In this document: piece after piece, positions 40,885 to 55,777 of the stretch
Layout of the letters: each line of letters starts with the position of its first letter
Numbering within the stretch: the stretch's first letter is position 1
Source of the DNA: Octopus vulgaris
Taxonomy: Eukaryota
Assembly (NCBI GenBank): GCA_951406725.2
Contig: OX597823.1
Coordinates: forward strand, 102,238,001 to 102,302,000
Direction of reading: 5' to 3'
Length of the DNA stretch: 64,000 nt
Program-made: the position numbers and the translations under genes
The notes under the pieces: generated by a model
Told to the model about the DNA's origin: nothing
The model's database searches: none
The model's input: the letters and a program-made list of their open reading frames with translations, nothing else

Positions 40885-41298
40885 ATTCATGACAGCATTA
40901 TTCATTGTGCCTTTCTCCGCATTTTAAGAGAGTAAGATTTGACTGCAGGACGAGCATGGGTGTACCCATGTCTTCTTGCAAATGACTGCCATTGTTATTC
41001 ATCTTGGTTTTTCTGTCTATTAGGCTCGATTTTGCCTTTCATCTTTTGGGCTTTGACAGACCAGAATCAGTTAAATATTTGAATCCATTAAATAATCTGA
41101 AAAGTTATTGTTATTATTATTATTGTCGTTGTTGTTTGTATTTACATTAAATATAGAACTGTTGTTTTTATTGTTGTTATTGTTGTTGTTTTTACTTTTC
41201 ATCCTTTCAGGGTCGATAAAATAAGTACCAGTTTACTACTGGAGACCGATGTAATCGACTTACTCCCTAAACTACTGGCCTTGTGCCAAAATTTGAAA

Positions 41299-41350
<52 letters not shown>

Positions 41351-41474
41351 CAAACAACTGTGGTATTGAGCAGAATACTTACTGTAGCCCATCTTTTATA
41401 CCAAGACAAAACAATGTACATGATAACATTTCCAATCAGTTAAGATCAGAAGCCACTTTACCCGCACTTCCCAT

Positions 41475-42090
41475 AGTCTCTGAAACTCAATAGCTAGATC
41501 CGGGTACTTTTCTATTTTCTCTATACTTCTCATATTGACTGTCTCATCATTTAAGACTGTAAAGTCAATTATCTGGCATTTTCTATTTTCTTTGTCTACT
41601 ACGACTAAACCAGGCCTTCTGAATGTTAAAGTCCCGCAACATCTTATAGTCTTACTTTCTAGTACTTTACTAGTTTCATGTTCATACCATTTATCAGTAT
41701 GATTAAACCCTAGCTTTCTACATAACCCGACTCCACTATCATAGGGAATTGCAAAACCTATGATCTTACACTATTTGTTTATTTTGTCCTCAATGGTCAT
41801 ATCCGGTCTTCTTGCTTCAATAGTTTCAGTTTTTATGTGGAAATCTCACAAGATCTTGTCATTCTGATTTCATAGCCTCTGGTTCGTGTTCACACCACTT
41901 TTCTGTTGTTTTGAAGCCACACACTCGGTTTACATCCTAATGCACACTATTGCCTACAGTCATGTCTGCCTTTAATACTCCTTTTGTGCTAATATACTGC
42001 ACTCACTCAAAAGAGGATTGATACTTTCCTACAGATTCTACATTTGCTGTTTAACTGAAATTTGTCGATCTTTGCCTTTGTCAGGTATGT
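41475..42090 (-). mobile_element. Degenerate RLE-type (Dong/R4-like) LINE 3' fragment
   Basis: Minus-strand remnants resemble the CCHC-adjacent LAQKEY and DFHI...ARRPD motifs. Confidence 0.55.
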
Positions 42091-43974
42091 TCTAGGGGCT
42101 AATACTGGGATTCTAACGAGTTAAGCAACAGCTGGACCCATTGTGCTTTCTTCGGTCAGCCCAGCTACTGACAAAAATAAGTTCTTTATGTGTCTTACCA
42201 AGGACTTGAACGGCTAGGTGCTTGCTGACATCATTAATCCTTAATGAAATACCGTTTTGGTGTTTACATTTCCGTCTGAACACAATGATTCAATTCCTAA
42301 GCAGTGAGTTGGTGTTTCGGATGCTACCAGTATTGCTGCTTCATACCTAGTAAATGGAGAGAAATGGAGTAGCTTCAAAGATTATCTCCTTTCTGGTGGA
42401 AATATTGTTATTTTTTTATAGAGGGAAGGAAACAACGTCCTTATCATTTTCGGGTACTCCAAGACGAAGAAATTATGCTCTGACTGGATCCCTGATCTGA
42501 AAGTTTGTAACAGAGCAAAGTCCTTCAATTCAGACCAGATTCAATAATAATAAATAAGCAAATGAAAATTATATGGTGATAATTATCTAGTAGTCAAACA
42601 ACTTGACTGTGGTATGCTGGGAAGTTCCTGCTGGTTGCATTCAATGTGGGACATCTGAGTGCTGATGATGACGAAAATGAATTATGTTGGTAACTAAAGT
42701 TAACTTAAATTTCGAAGAATGACTATCGATTCAAGGATGGTAGATCACTTGTCTTTGATTTGTGATGTGTGATGTAAATATGTGAAAATACGTGACAATC
42801 AAGGCGGTGCCCTAAAGTTAGTAGCTATTGATGCCATTACAAGTGCCATACCGAAAGGTCATTCTTCTTCAAGTGTATGCAAACGTGACATTTCACCTAT
42901 TGATATTAGTAGAAGGATTGAAGTGGAACGTTGGACACCCGCTGGAATTGTGTAGAAGTAGAAATGGGTGTGGTGGGGTAAACGCCTTTTTAAACCAGTT
43001 CACATAATTCCAACTGACAAGTGTCCGATATTTTATTATAAGGAACCGTGAAGTATGGATTAATTGAAATTTCATCCGTCGGAAGGAGAAGAATAAGCAT
43101 TTGCTTAATGGTCAATTCTGGACAAGAAAGACAAGGGAGACAACTCTGGTATTTAATTAATTGAAAACTAAAAAAAAGAAAAGGAAACAAAATAGATTGT
43201 GAGGAACGTAGTGGGAGGGTGAGTGTGTTTTTCTTGTCCTGCAGTACGGAAATGATTCCTGTCATGTAACTACTACTGCTACCAGATGTATAGAGATTTG
43301 GTGAATGAACGCTGAATGGTGGGGGAAATTTAAAAGAATAGTTGGAAGAACATACGTATAAACAGCTATTATTTAAAGATATTCAAGTTGGCGCTAATAA
43401 ACATATAGTGATCCAAGATATCTTAAAGAATTCAAATTACGACCATTGTGATGAGAGAGAGAAAAACATTAGCTCATTGAGTCATTCTGTCCAAGAAAAA
43501 GAAGGTTAGATGACTTTGAAATTTAAATTAATTTTTCAACAATCAATAAAATATTTGCACCAACTTACAACTTTACTAGTTGCTTTTTGTGCAGAAGAGG
43601 TCTCTAGATATTCCCTACACCCAACCGATTAACCGAATTCGACAATGAGGAGACCTGAACAAATCCTAACGAATCATCCAGGTTGTTTATTTTCATAGGC
43701 TATTCATTAAGTCAGTGTGTAATTATTATGTGTGGTGTTCACATTTTCAGAGAGTTAATCAACGGTTGCGATCTGTACTGTTAAATTATATCTGACTCCT
43801 AAACAGAGATCCGGTTACGAAAGCAGAACGTATCGCAAAGACGATAGTGATCAGATTACGAAGTTAATTAAAAGAAAGTTGATAGAGGTCGCTATAATTA
43901 AAACAAATGGTGGGTGGAATTAAAATGGAAAATTACAAAAGAATTACAATAGAATTAGTTTTGGTAAAAGACTC

Positions 43975-44167
43975 TACGAGGGTGTGCTGAAAAGTTCCTG
44001 GCTTTGGGATAAGTTAATTATGATTTTATTCAACATATTCCCTTCACACACTTATCGCAGCAATCCTTCAGTTTTTCTAAGCCTTGTAGAAGAACTCGGA
44101 AGGTTGGACCTCCAGCCAGGCCTTTCACGATACCCTTAAAGCAGGAACTTTTCAGCACCCCCCCGTA
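43975..44167. mobile_element. mariner-type MITE
   Basis: TA-CGAGGGTGTGCTGAAAAGTTCCTG...CAGGAACTTTTCAGCACCCCCCCG-TA. Confidence 0.8.
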
Positions 44168-45039
44168 GGTTAAAGATAGAGTCTTCTAGGTAAGATACAA
44201 CAGCCCGAGTCACGAGCGTAGCTACAGTGTGTGCCACTCGGGGCGGCCCTTCCGTTTTCCGCTACAGCAGACCCAAAAGTGCCACCCGGGGCGGACCACC
44301 CTTCTCTCAGCTACGCTAATGGCCCGAGTGCTACAGCGAAGATGGCTCATGACGCTGTAAAGGTCTGTGTTGTTGTTCGTGAAAAGGTGTATGTGATAAG
44401 ACATGAAGAATCCAATATTGTATGAGGGAAGTGTGTAGAAGAGATACGACGGACGGCAATGGCAGCATGCAGTCCATCTGCAAGCTGAGTGTGGGTATGT
44501 TCGTTTTTTTTTTTCTTCAGAGATATTTCCTTAATCTTTTTGTTGGGAGAAATGTGAAGCGGAAATGATAGCTCCAATATTCATGTGCTATACATGATCA
44601 TGGTATCTAGGAAAATATAAACCTGCAAGATCTTAAAATTTGAGAGAGAAAGAGAAGACGAAAGGAGTGGAGAAGGTGATCGTTAAGAGATAAAATGAAA
44701 ACTAGTAAAACGCGCAAAATATCATCATGGCGTTCCGATTGGATTGAAGAAAAGTTTAGCACACAACAGGTAAAACAAAGAACAAGCGATGATAACCAGA
44801 TGAATACAATACATACATACATACATACATACATACATACATACATACATACATACATACATACATACATACATACATACATAGACATGACAGAAGTAAA
44901 TAGACACCCTTATAATCATAAAAAATTATTTAAATCTGAAATTGTACATTCAAATTATTTATTAATCATTATAATGAGAATATTTAATATTTAGTAGACC
45001 TGCCCTTTGTATTTTTCAATGCAAGGACCCTATTGGGCT

Positions 45040-45840
45040 TATTACTGATCAGATGACGAATATTCTCTTGGAGAATTTCTAGCTAAGTTTCATGCAGCAA
45101 TCTCAAAAGATCTGGCTTTGAGGATTCTTTCTTCTTTTTTTATGAAGTGTCCTGTCCGTTATGCTCCGGAGGTGTTCTATACGGTTCATATCCGGTGACT
45201 GCTTTGGCCATGGAAGTTTTTCCAACTAATCTTGGCTCTTTTTAGCCGTGTGACAAGGAGCTCCATCTTCCATAACTAAAGTCTTTGGAGAAGATTGGAA
45301 GGAGTCCTTTCTGCAATATGGACACATATTTATTCGAGTGCATGTTTCCCTCACACTCCACTAACTTTGATTGACAATTGCTCCAAATTGCTTTCCACAC
45401 CATCACAGAATAGCTGCCTTGTTTCATTGTTGGTAGCAATCTTTTCATGTCAAATTCTTGATCACAGAGTCACCAGACCCACACTCGACCACTGTCAGAA
45501 AATACAGCAAATGAAGACTCATCAGAGGATATGATAGTGTCCCAAAATGCTAGAAGCTACTCCATCATCTTACTGGCCCAATCTTTTCTCCACTTGATAT
45601 TGACTGGTTGAAGAAGTGGCTTTCTTCTTGTTGCTCTGTCATAGTAGCCAAGTTTGTGGAGGTGTCTGACTGCTGTTCTGGGACTAACAATAACTTGTTC
45701 AGAGGCCTTGCACACTTCATTTAACAAATCAAAGGCGGGCCCTGGTCGAGTTGGGAAAGGTGATGTGGATTCCTTCTGTGGTGAATTGTACAATCACCCT
45801 ATTAACTGTAGGTATAATTAATCCGACGGGTTCCATCCAC
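45040..45840 (-). mobile_element. Tc1-type transposase remnant
   Basis: RRKPLL, FSDES, SVMVW, EDGAPCH and SPDMN-like motifs across frames. Confidence 0.8.
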
Positions 45841-46239
45841 TTTCGGGCTATCTATTTTCACTTGTAGGCCTAGCGTTGAGTCCAGGGTATGGCAAAAGTT
45901 CAAAATGCCATGCAGCGTCTGGTACACAGTCCTAATATTGTGAATATAGTTATCAAGAATATCGGAAGAAAGAAACCCTCACTCACTCACTGAATCATTC
46001 ACTCACACACATGTATACAAAAATGTATGCATGTATATATAAACGCGCACACAGACACACACACATACATACATACATACATACAGACACACACACACAC
46101 ACATACATACATACATACATACATACATACATACATACATACATACATACATACATACATACATACATACGTACCTACGTACATACATACATGCATGCAA
46201 ACACATACACACACGAACACACACATGTATGTATGTGCA

Positions 46240-46288
<49 letters not shown>

Positions 46289-46330
46289 GTATATATATAT
46301 ATATATATACATGTATATATATATATATAC

Positions 46331-46548
<218 letters not shown>

Positions 46549-47299
46549 AGCGGTATATCTTGAAGGGAGTACAACTATTAATAATAGTTTGAAATAACAT
46601 TCGATTAAAATCTCCCCGAGTGGTTAAAAAGACCGAAGGGTAACATGCACTCCCCACCCTTTATACGCTCACACACGCACATACAGGATATCGCAATTAC
46701 GGAATCTTGTCATTACGGAAATTGTAAGCGTGGTGGTTACTATTTTTGAGATATTGTCAACAATTTTGTTCTTACCATAGCTGGGATCAATTTTAAGAAT
46801 TTTAGAAACTAAAATCACAATAGGAACTTTGTTCAAATTTGTCCAGTAAATTTGTATTCAATCTTTCTCCATCTTTTTATTCATCATTTTTTTTTCTTTT
46901 GTGAGCTAATTCAACTGACCGGGTTTTATTGATCCCAACATACTTGCCAGCAACCACTTTTTGCTCGGCATTTGCTCATCTTGTTTGTTGTTACCTACTT
47001 TAATCAAATAGTAATTCTTCCCACTCGATTCCTTTCTTTTTCTCTTTTATGGTTTTACATCTATCCAAAGTAACAGGACAACATTTTTCCCCCGCCGCTC
47101 TTGCTACTGTTGGATTTCACTACTAATGCGTAATGTATGGTATAGTGGTTCCCAGCCTGTGGTCCGCTGACCCCTGATGGTCCGCAAAGGCAATACTAGG
47201 GGTCCATGAACATGTTAAGCTGACCGACCTTTCAATATCCTGGGGTCCGTAGGAAAACTCTTTTAAATAAAAGGGAACCACTGGTATAGTACATTCTTC

Positions 47300-48600
47300 A
47301 AGATGACAGAAGCGGAGTCGTCAAGTGGAAGCAAAAGTAGTTTACGGAATGGATTCATAAAAGTATTGCTTTGGACATTAAACTTAGTGTTTTACAAAAT
47401 TTTGAGACAGGAAGGAAATTCAGCCATTCTGGGGAAAATATAATAACTAGCAACGTCTGCAACGAGGACAATAAAGATAACATTTAAGTCAAGTAATTAA
47501 ACAAATCCTTCATTAAATGCCCAGCCATTGTTTTTTCAAAGATCTGAAGTTATGCATAAAATGGAAAGGCTCATGGGGATGTGTTTTGTTGATCTGACTG
47601 GGTGGAATGTGCTAATAAAGATAATGGTAGTTCAAAAAGAAAAAAAAGTTTGTATTACGATCTGTAGAAAAAGGAAAGTGCAACGCCTAACGTGAAATCT
47701 TTTCTTGTAAATAAAGACTGAAAAGATTGAAAAGTTCAAGAGGTGCTTTATTTTGTACAACATGAAAAATGACACATGAAGCTTGCAGTGCTGATACAAG
47801 TTCTCCTGGTTTGAGAAACTGTAAAATTATTGTAGAAGTGTCCACACAAAAACTAGGGTACAATGTTGATGAAGCTAGGATTTTGGGACGTCCATGGCTA
47901 TTGAGGCGTTTATTGATTTGAAGAAAAATCACTACCATGCCAGCCTTCAATAATTCGCCCAACGCTTCTTGTGGAAGAATCTGCTGTTGATGATATGAAG
48001 TTAAAGCTGCTACTTGTGTATGACTCCCAAAATCTAGAAATTTTCAAAAGCTATTTAATGTTTAATTCATCTGTGATTTAGTGTTCAAATATGAAGTCTT
48101 GGATCACAGCAAGTTTTTCCATAACTGAATTACAAATTTTTTTTATTCTGCAGTAGAAAGGGAAAATGCCAAAGTGTAATATTTCCGGCAAAGCATTGCT
48201 CATTTTAGACAATGTGCCAAGCCACATTGTGAATTTAAATGATGTTTCTGGTAATGTGAGAATGGAATATTTCTCAAAAACTCATCTTTGCTTCGGCCAA
48301 TGGCTCACAGAATAAGAACTTCGAAACAACTAATAAAGACTATTCATGAGAAGGCTAAGCATACAATTAGAAACTTTAGGAAAACGTTCAGTGTTATAGA
48401 TAACAAAGTCGAATGAAACCTTCGTTAGCTACGAATGATGTTTGGCAACACATACGATATGGATGAGTTGCTAAGTTCCTATAGAGACAGTTTGTCTAAT
48501 GAAGAGCTGATGACATCAGAGTGAGCTGCAGAGTAAGAAGCAGCTCCAAGCAGGGGATTGCAAGTCTTTACTGGCAGCTGTCATAATCGTGAACATAACA
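47300..48600 (+). mobile_element. Highly decayed pogo/Tigger-like transposase remnant
   Basis: LLILDNVPSH motif near 48197-48227. The remainder is degenerate. Confidence 0.45.
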
Positions 48601-49708
48601 TAAAAGTTTCTAGTTGAGTTTATAATGAGCTCTGTTCCTACATTGAGCTCTAGACAGCTGGTTGCACCGTAAACGGCAAACAACTTTAAAACTGTTCACT
48701 ACAGCCTTAAATGGAGGGTTCCTTAAAGATTGAAGTCGCGTTGGAAACAGATCGAAAAATGCGGTCTTTGCATGTCCTGCTTAATTAGTAGAGCTCCCGA
48801 AATTGCTTAAATTTTAGAATGGAGATATTCACCAGGTGTATTATGCGAATTAACTCTTCTTGTCCAATCGAAGCATCGCACCAACGCCAGATTAGTAGCG
48901 CCCGCACCCTGTGGATGCAGCTGGGCATATTCTTTCTCTCTTTTTTTTCAACCTTCCCAGCACTTTCACTTCACCACACTCACGACAATACGACTCTACA
49001 GACTCAACAAACTCTTCACCTCTTTAAAGTAACACGCTCATCCCTTGGGCTATTCCTATTAGTACAGCAAACCTCTTTGACAACTCATATATCTAAACTT
49101 ACCATTCTTCCTCCATCTTCATTTCCATCATTTTCTCAGTAGTATATATACCAACAGATTAAAACAAACTTGCAGCACGTACCTTCCTAGACATTCCAGG
49201 ACTCAACATACTTAACGATGTCGCAAAAATCCCATAGACACTTTAAAAGACTGAAACTAGACTTCAACATATTTATACAGACATTGTAGTTATTGAAAGT
49301 TCGAGGACATAGTTTAGGTTTGTGTAAATATGAGCCTACCACTTACAGTTAAAGCGTTTTCTCACAGTTTCTCATATATTACAGCCAACTGGATTTAAGA
49401 TATTCATTGAAACTGCCCGACGATTGAACAAGGCACTTGGCTTCAGATTTGTCCCAAAGTAAAATATCTCCGCTATAGCATGAAACGTGAGTTGTTGTCA
49501 GGAATAAAACGTGCGTGCACGAACACCCACACACACACAGAGCAATTGACATTTCTCTTTAATAATGTCTGAATAAAGACAGTTTTGGAAGCAGGACACA
49601 CATACACACTGTTAATGCGTACACATTCACACACTGAGATGCAAGCACTTTCACAGAGCTCGCAAATCCGTCCAAGATATCCGCACATTCATAATATACA
49701 ATCCAACA

Positions 49709-49754
<46 letters not shown>

Positions 49755-49765
49755 GTATGTCTATG

Positions 49766-49801
<36 letters not shown>

Positions 49802-50124
49802 AATCTGCATGGCTGTCTGTCTATCTGTCTGTTTGTCTGTCTGTCTGGCTATCTATTTATGTTTGTCTGTCTGTCTAGTTACTCGTCGGACTGTCTAATT
49901 ACCTGTCTAAATGCAACTCACTTCGTACACACCGTACACCCACTTCCATATATACATACATATTCATGCATATTTCGACTGTATAGAAATATACATATTC
50001 ATTGTATGAATATGCATGTATATTTATATACAGTCGGAAGAAAAACCTCCTACACACGATCTTTCGGTACATACAACAGGAGACATAACTCCCACAACTA
50101 TCAACACAGACACACATACATACA

Positions 50125-50155
<31 letters not shown>

Positions 50156-50882
50156 CATACATACATACATACATACATACACACATACACACATACATAC
50201 GTACATACATACATACATACATACATACATACATACATACATACATACATACATACATACATACATACATACATACATACATACATACATACATACATAC
50301 ATACATACATACATACATACATACATACATACATACATACATACATACATACATACATACATACATACATACAGCACTGGAGACAACGACACTGCCATTA
50401 AAGATACGCGTCCTTACATAAAGAACACCGAAGATAGCCCAAAATGTAAATATATACACAGATACACACATTCTGCATGTCTCTTACACAATCGTCAACA
50501 GACACACAGACACAGACCACATACTCTCTCATAAAGCAGTAGAAAGAGTCCCGCACACACACACACACTAATATACATACATACGAATTCTCTTACAATC
50601 ACGTACATGAACTCATAAACACACACACGGACTGATACGCACATTTATGCTCACACACTCATTCACGGACACGTACACCTACACACATATACGATGTCAC
50701 AAAGCAGCCAAGACAACCCCCCACACACACACGTACAAACATTTCACTCTTGCTTACACTCCTAATACATAGACTAACACTTAAAAACCCTCTTACACTC
50801 CACATTTCTACTCACACACTCATTCACATACAAGCACACTAACACACACACACACACTCCCTCTCTTCCTCTCCGTCTCACA

Positions 50883-50938
<56 letters not shown>

Positions 50939-51307
50939 CACATGCGCTCACTCTCACAAACACTCTTATACATACACTCCCATAATACAGACACACTCTT
51001 CCACGCACTCACTCCCATACACACACAGTATCACAGGAGAGCGATAGCAATTACAAACACCAATGAGAAGTTATGTTTTTTAAATTTATATTTTTATGAA
51101 GCTGTCCCAGTCAGATCCTACAAGTGTGCGCTGTACATGTACACAAGCGCGTGTTGTATATAATACATACATATATATACCATTTATACCTATACAAACG
51201 TGTGTATGTGTCTCTCTGTAGCCTGTTCTCTCTTATTTCTCAAAACAAGACAACGAACAACCAGCCAAGTTGCTACAACAGGACAGTGGACGTGACACAC
51301 TGTTGGA

Positions 51308-51541
51308 ATGTCGCCCGGAGTAATAGCCCGGGCCACCAAAGCGGTCACTGCTCACGTGAAGGAGCTAAAGGGAAAGTCCAGCAGTAATAGTGGGAGCAGT
51401 GGTAGTAATAATAATTGTAACGGTAGTAGTAGTTGTAAACCTGAGTATGGACCTATTAAAAGCCGTGATAATATACCATCAGATATGATCCATAACTTCA
51501 GTACAAACACCACGTACAAACGAGGGAAATTACTTGGGAAG
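51308..51541 (+). CDS. First coding exon of a Polo-like kinase (PLK2/PLK3 type)
   Basis: 78 aa ending ...IHNFSTNTTYKRGKLLGK, the start of the kinase domain. Phase-0 donor AAG|GTAAGA at 51542. Possible acceptor TCTCTCTGTAG at 51221. Confidence 0.8.
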
Positions 51542-52089
51542 GTAAGACAAAGATACCTGTTGGTTTTTGTTTTTGTTCTTTTATTCGACACTTTATTTTT
51601 GTTGTTAATGTTCTAATGTGTGTGTGTGTGTGTTGTTAAGCTTGGTGCTGATGGCGGTGTTGGTGTTGGGGAGTTGTCTGTATTACTATTGTTGGGCTAG
51701 GTTGTGATTGTTAGTGTTATTGTTGTTGTTGATGATGATGATAATGATGAGATCCGTTGAGCGATTGTCTTTGATAGTTTTCTAAGAAAGAAAGGAAGAC
51801 AACGCGAAATGTGAGGAAGAGTCCAGACTTGATTTTGCGAAATTTGTTTTTCTTCTGTGTGTGTGTGTGTGTGTGTTAAACGTGCGTGTTTGTGTTTGGT
51901 GTTAGTATAATATGTGTATGCCTGTTGTGATATGCTGACCATTAGAGTACCTGATGTGTACTTGTTTTGTGTTGTATAGTTTAATGTTATATAATGCTGT
52001 GTAAGTTGTGTTATATTTTGTGAACTGTACAGTTGTGTAGTATATAGTATAGTGTGGTGTTATGTAGCTTAATGTGATATAGTATTGTG

Positions 52090-52307
52090 GGTACTACTTA
52101 AGAAAAGTGGTCCCGGTGCGCGCACTCGCGTAGTCGTGACTAGTCAATCCTACAACGACTACCCAGCAAAGTAAATAAAACACAAAATAAATAATTTTTT
52201 TTACACAAAGTAAATAAAACACAAAGGACCGACTAGTCGCGACTAGCTAGCGCTGATGCGCGACTACGCGAGTGCGCGCACCGGGACCACTCTTCCTAAG
52301 TAGTACC
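52090..52307. mobile_element. Merlin-like MITE
   Basis: TIRs GGTACTACTT...AAGTAGTACC, with a perfect 8-bp TSD GTATTGTG. Confidence 0.8.
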
Positions 52308-52981
52308 GTATTGTGTTGTATAGAGTGTACAATATAGATTGTTGTAGCTTGTATATAGTGTATAATACTAAACAGTAAGTAGATTGTTATGTTGTATTTG
52401 TATAATGTTGGATTGTGTTGTATAGTCTGATATAATAAAGTAACACTACTTTATAGTCTAGCTTAATATGTTTATCTAGTGATGTGTTGTATGGTGTGTA
52501 CAGTGTAGAATATAAGTAGATTGTTGTGCTGTATTTTGTATAATTTTAAACAGTAAAGTGCTGGATAATATAAATATGGTATAATAAAGTGCAAGTCTAG
52601 TACTGTGATGTTGAATCGTGTACAACATCATAATTGTTTTATATTCTTGTGTGATATTAAACAAGGTAGTGTAGCATATATTTGACCCTAATAGATCATT
52701 AGATGTATTATTGTCAACTGGGATGGTATTTCAACTGTGACAATCCCATCTTTTCAGAGACATTATCCAGTGTGTCTCCTTTAAATTGGTTCGGTGTGAT
52801 TTTAGAAAAGACTTAGCTGTCGTTTCTAGCAATCAAGCAGGCAACTAGAGCCAGCCACCTGGGGGGAAACTTCCCTCGTTGGTACTACACAATTGGTGCG
52901 TGTGTGTGTATACATACATACACACATACATACATGTGTATCTATATAAATCACACATTCTCTATATCTTTATATGTGTGT

Positions 52982-53031
<50 letters not shown>

Positions 53032-53057
53032 AGGACATATCTCTGTGAGAGATTTAA

Positions 53058-53104
<47 letters not shown>

Positions 53105-53424
53105 TGTATATATAGGTAGTGTAGTGTTGTATAAATGTAATGTACTATATACTACACTAGTTAGGATTATATAGTGTTGTTGTTTAACCCCAGGTCAACC
53201 ATGATCGAAGGGACCTATTATCAAAGGACAATCTACCCACGTCCATCTTGTCTTTATGTGATGTCGCATTACATTCTTTTTTTATTATTTAAAACATGTG
53301 GAAGGATGATTTGAGGGAGAACTGCTGGCTATTTCTTCTAGGTCGGGCGGTCAGTGTTGTTGATATTGCCGCCACCACCCGGTCAGACCCAAACGGCAGA
53401 CTTGTAATTAAAATGGTATTCCGG

Positions 53425-53544
53425 TTTATTTTGTGTTTTATTTACTTTGCTAGGTAGTCGTAGGATCGACTAGTCACAACTAGCTAGCGCGGATGCGCGA
53501 GTACGAGAGTGCGCGCACCGGGACCACTCTTCTTAAATAGTACC
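53425..53544. mobile_element. Partial inverted copy of the Merlin-like MITE
   Basis: One TIR retained. Confidence 0.75.
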
Positions 53545-53780
53545 GGAGTGTGATTTGAGGGCTATTTTATGGAGTGTATGCAGTACAGTAGCAATAGTAA
53601 TGTGTTGTGTAATAAAAGTGATGTGAAGTGTAGTATTGTGTAGCAAGTCTAGTGTTGTGTTGTATGGTATGTATTACCTCAGTAGTGTGTTATGTTACTG
53701 GAGTATGCAGCCCACTAACGTAAGGTCGTGAGTTCGATTCCCGGCGCGTTGTATTCTTGAGAAAGACACTTTATTTTACA

Positions 53781-54060
53781 GGTACTACTTGAGAACAGTG
53801 GTTCCGGTGCGCGCACTCGCGTAGTCGCGCATCCGCGCTAGATAGTCGATCCTACAACGACTACCTAGCAGAGTAAATAAAACACGAAATAAATAATTTT
53901 TTTTACACAAAGTAAATAAAGCACAAAAACACAAAGTAAATAATTTTTTAAACAAAGTAAATAACACAAAAACGCAAAGGATCGACTAGTCATGACTAGC
54001 TAGCGCGGATGCGCGACTACGCGTGTGCGCGCACCGGGACCACTGTTCTCAAGTAATACC
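53781..54060. mobile_element. Merlin-like MITE inserted in a SINE
   Basis: TIRs present. TSD ATTTTACA/ATTTTACG. Confidence 0.8.
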
Positions 54061-54693
54061 ATTTTACGTTGCTCCAGTTCACTCAGCTGGCAAAAGTGAG
54101 TAGTACCCGTAGCTCAAAGGGCCAACTTTGTCACACTCCGTGTCACGCAGAATCTCCGAGAACTACGTTAAAGGTACACGTGCACATTAATTCCACGAAT
54201 AGGCTGTTCTTTTGATCGGATCAACTGAAACCCTCGTCGTTGTAACTGGCGGAGTGCTTTATAGTGTACAGGTTTTCAACTGGGGTCTATATAAGATTTG
54301 GGGGAGGGGGGATCCATGCAAGTAAAATAGTGAATTTGAGATCCACAATAATATTTTAAGGGTCCATAAAATTACTTTTGCTTTTGATGTATTTTATCCA
54401 AGAAACAACTCAGTTTCTTTTGCAAACATTTTACATAGTTCAACCGACACAATTTAATGTGTGAATAACAAACTAGAATTTTGAAAGAAGTATCTAAAAA
54501 ACTAGTTTTTAAACAGGGATATGGGGATCCACCAGAATTGAATCGTAACCAAGGGGGCCCAACCACTGGTATAATGTGTTGTTAAATGTAGATATAATGT
54601 GTTTTGTTGTGTTGTTTAGTGAACTGTAATATTAAATTAGTGTTTTATGGCATAGTGTATTGTAGTAGTGTTAATTATGATGTGTAAAACACA

Positions 54694-55060
54694 GTGTGGA
54701 GGCGCAATGGCCCAGTGGTTAGGGCAGCGGACTCGCGATCATGGGATCGCGGCTTAGAATCCCCAGATCGGGCGTTGTGAGTGTCTATTGAACGAAAACA
54801 CCTAAAGCTCCACGAGACTTCGGCAGGGGTGTGGGGTGGCGAACCTTGCTGTACTCTTTCACCACAACTTTCTCTCACTCTTTCTCCCTGTTTCTGTTGT
54901 ACTTGTATTTCGAAAGGGGTCAGCCTTGTCACATTCTGTGTCACGCTGAATCTACCAGAGAACTACGTTAAAGGTACACGTGTCTGTGGAGTGCTCAGCC
55001 ACTTACACGTTAATTTCACGAGCAGGCTGTTCCGTTGATCGGATCAACTGGAACCCTCTT
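54694..55060 (+). mobile_element. SINE family B
   Basis: tRNA-like head matching 11514. Confidence 0.8.
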
Positions 55061-55664
55061 GCATGAGTGCCAAAGTCGAATACAAAGTATTGTAAATATA
55101 CTTTGTGTAGTATAATAGTTTCAAAATTTGGCACATGGCCAGCAAGTTCGGGAGGATGAAAAGCAAAGTCGACCTCGTTGGAGCTTGAACTCATAACGCG
55201 AAGGTGGACGAAATATCTTAAGCATTTTTCCCGACGTACTTAACCATTCTGCCAGGTCGCCGCCGCCTTAACATTATGTAGTATAATATACTGTAGTATA
55301 GAACTTGTGTTTTATGGAGATGGTGTGCAGTGGTGTGGATGTATAGCATTTCGGCGCAGTTTTGTGGTAGTAGACAATAATGCAGGATTTATTTGTCTTC
55401 CAACTCCAGGTCGATCCTAATTGAGCAGAGTTATGATCAAAAGACGGTCGAGTCATGACCATTTCGTCATTTTTATATTTAGGGCTACATTTATTCAATG
55501 TCATTCTCTTTACAAGATAGCAGCGTATGGCTTGAAGAAATTTGGCTGCTATTTCTTGCAGGTCAAGCGACTACGTTAAAATATCCTTCATCGGATCGGA
55601 CTCCTCTGAATATCCTTCATCAGATCGGACTCCAAGAAAGTGTAACATCATGTGAGTGTGTGTG

Positions 55665-55777
55665 TACCGTATTTACTTGCGTATAAGTCGCTCTGTTTTA
55701 TACATGATTTTTAACTAGAAAAAAAACTGAGGTGTAACTTATACCCGAGTGCGACTTATACACGAGTTAATACGGTA
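55665..55777. mobile_element. pogo-type MITE
   Basis: TA-CCGTATTTACTTGCGTATAAGTCGC...GCGACTTATACACGAGTTAATACGG-TA. Confidence 0.8.

Noticed and set aside
47640-48110. Possible hAT dimerisation-domain remnant (-)
   Set aside because: Too degenerate to support by eye.
51542-51616. Hydrophobic C-terminal tail of ORF 51308-51616
   Set aside because: It is read-through into a T-rich intron after a strong splice donor.
52090-54060. CRISPR-like repeats
   Set aside because: They are inverted TIRs with TSDs in a eukaryotic context, with no repeat-spacer periodicity.
55580-55635. CCGATGA/CTGATGA motifs on the minus strand
   Set aside because: A short tandem duplication with no downstream GAAA, stem II or stem III.
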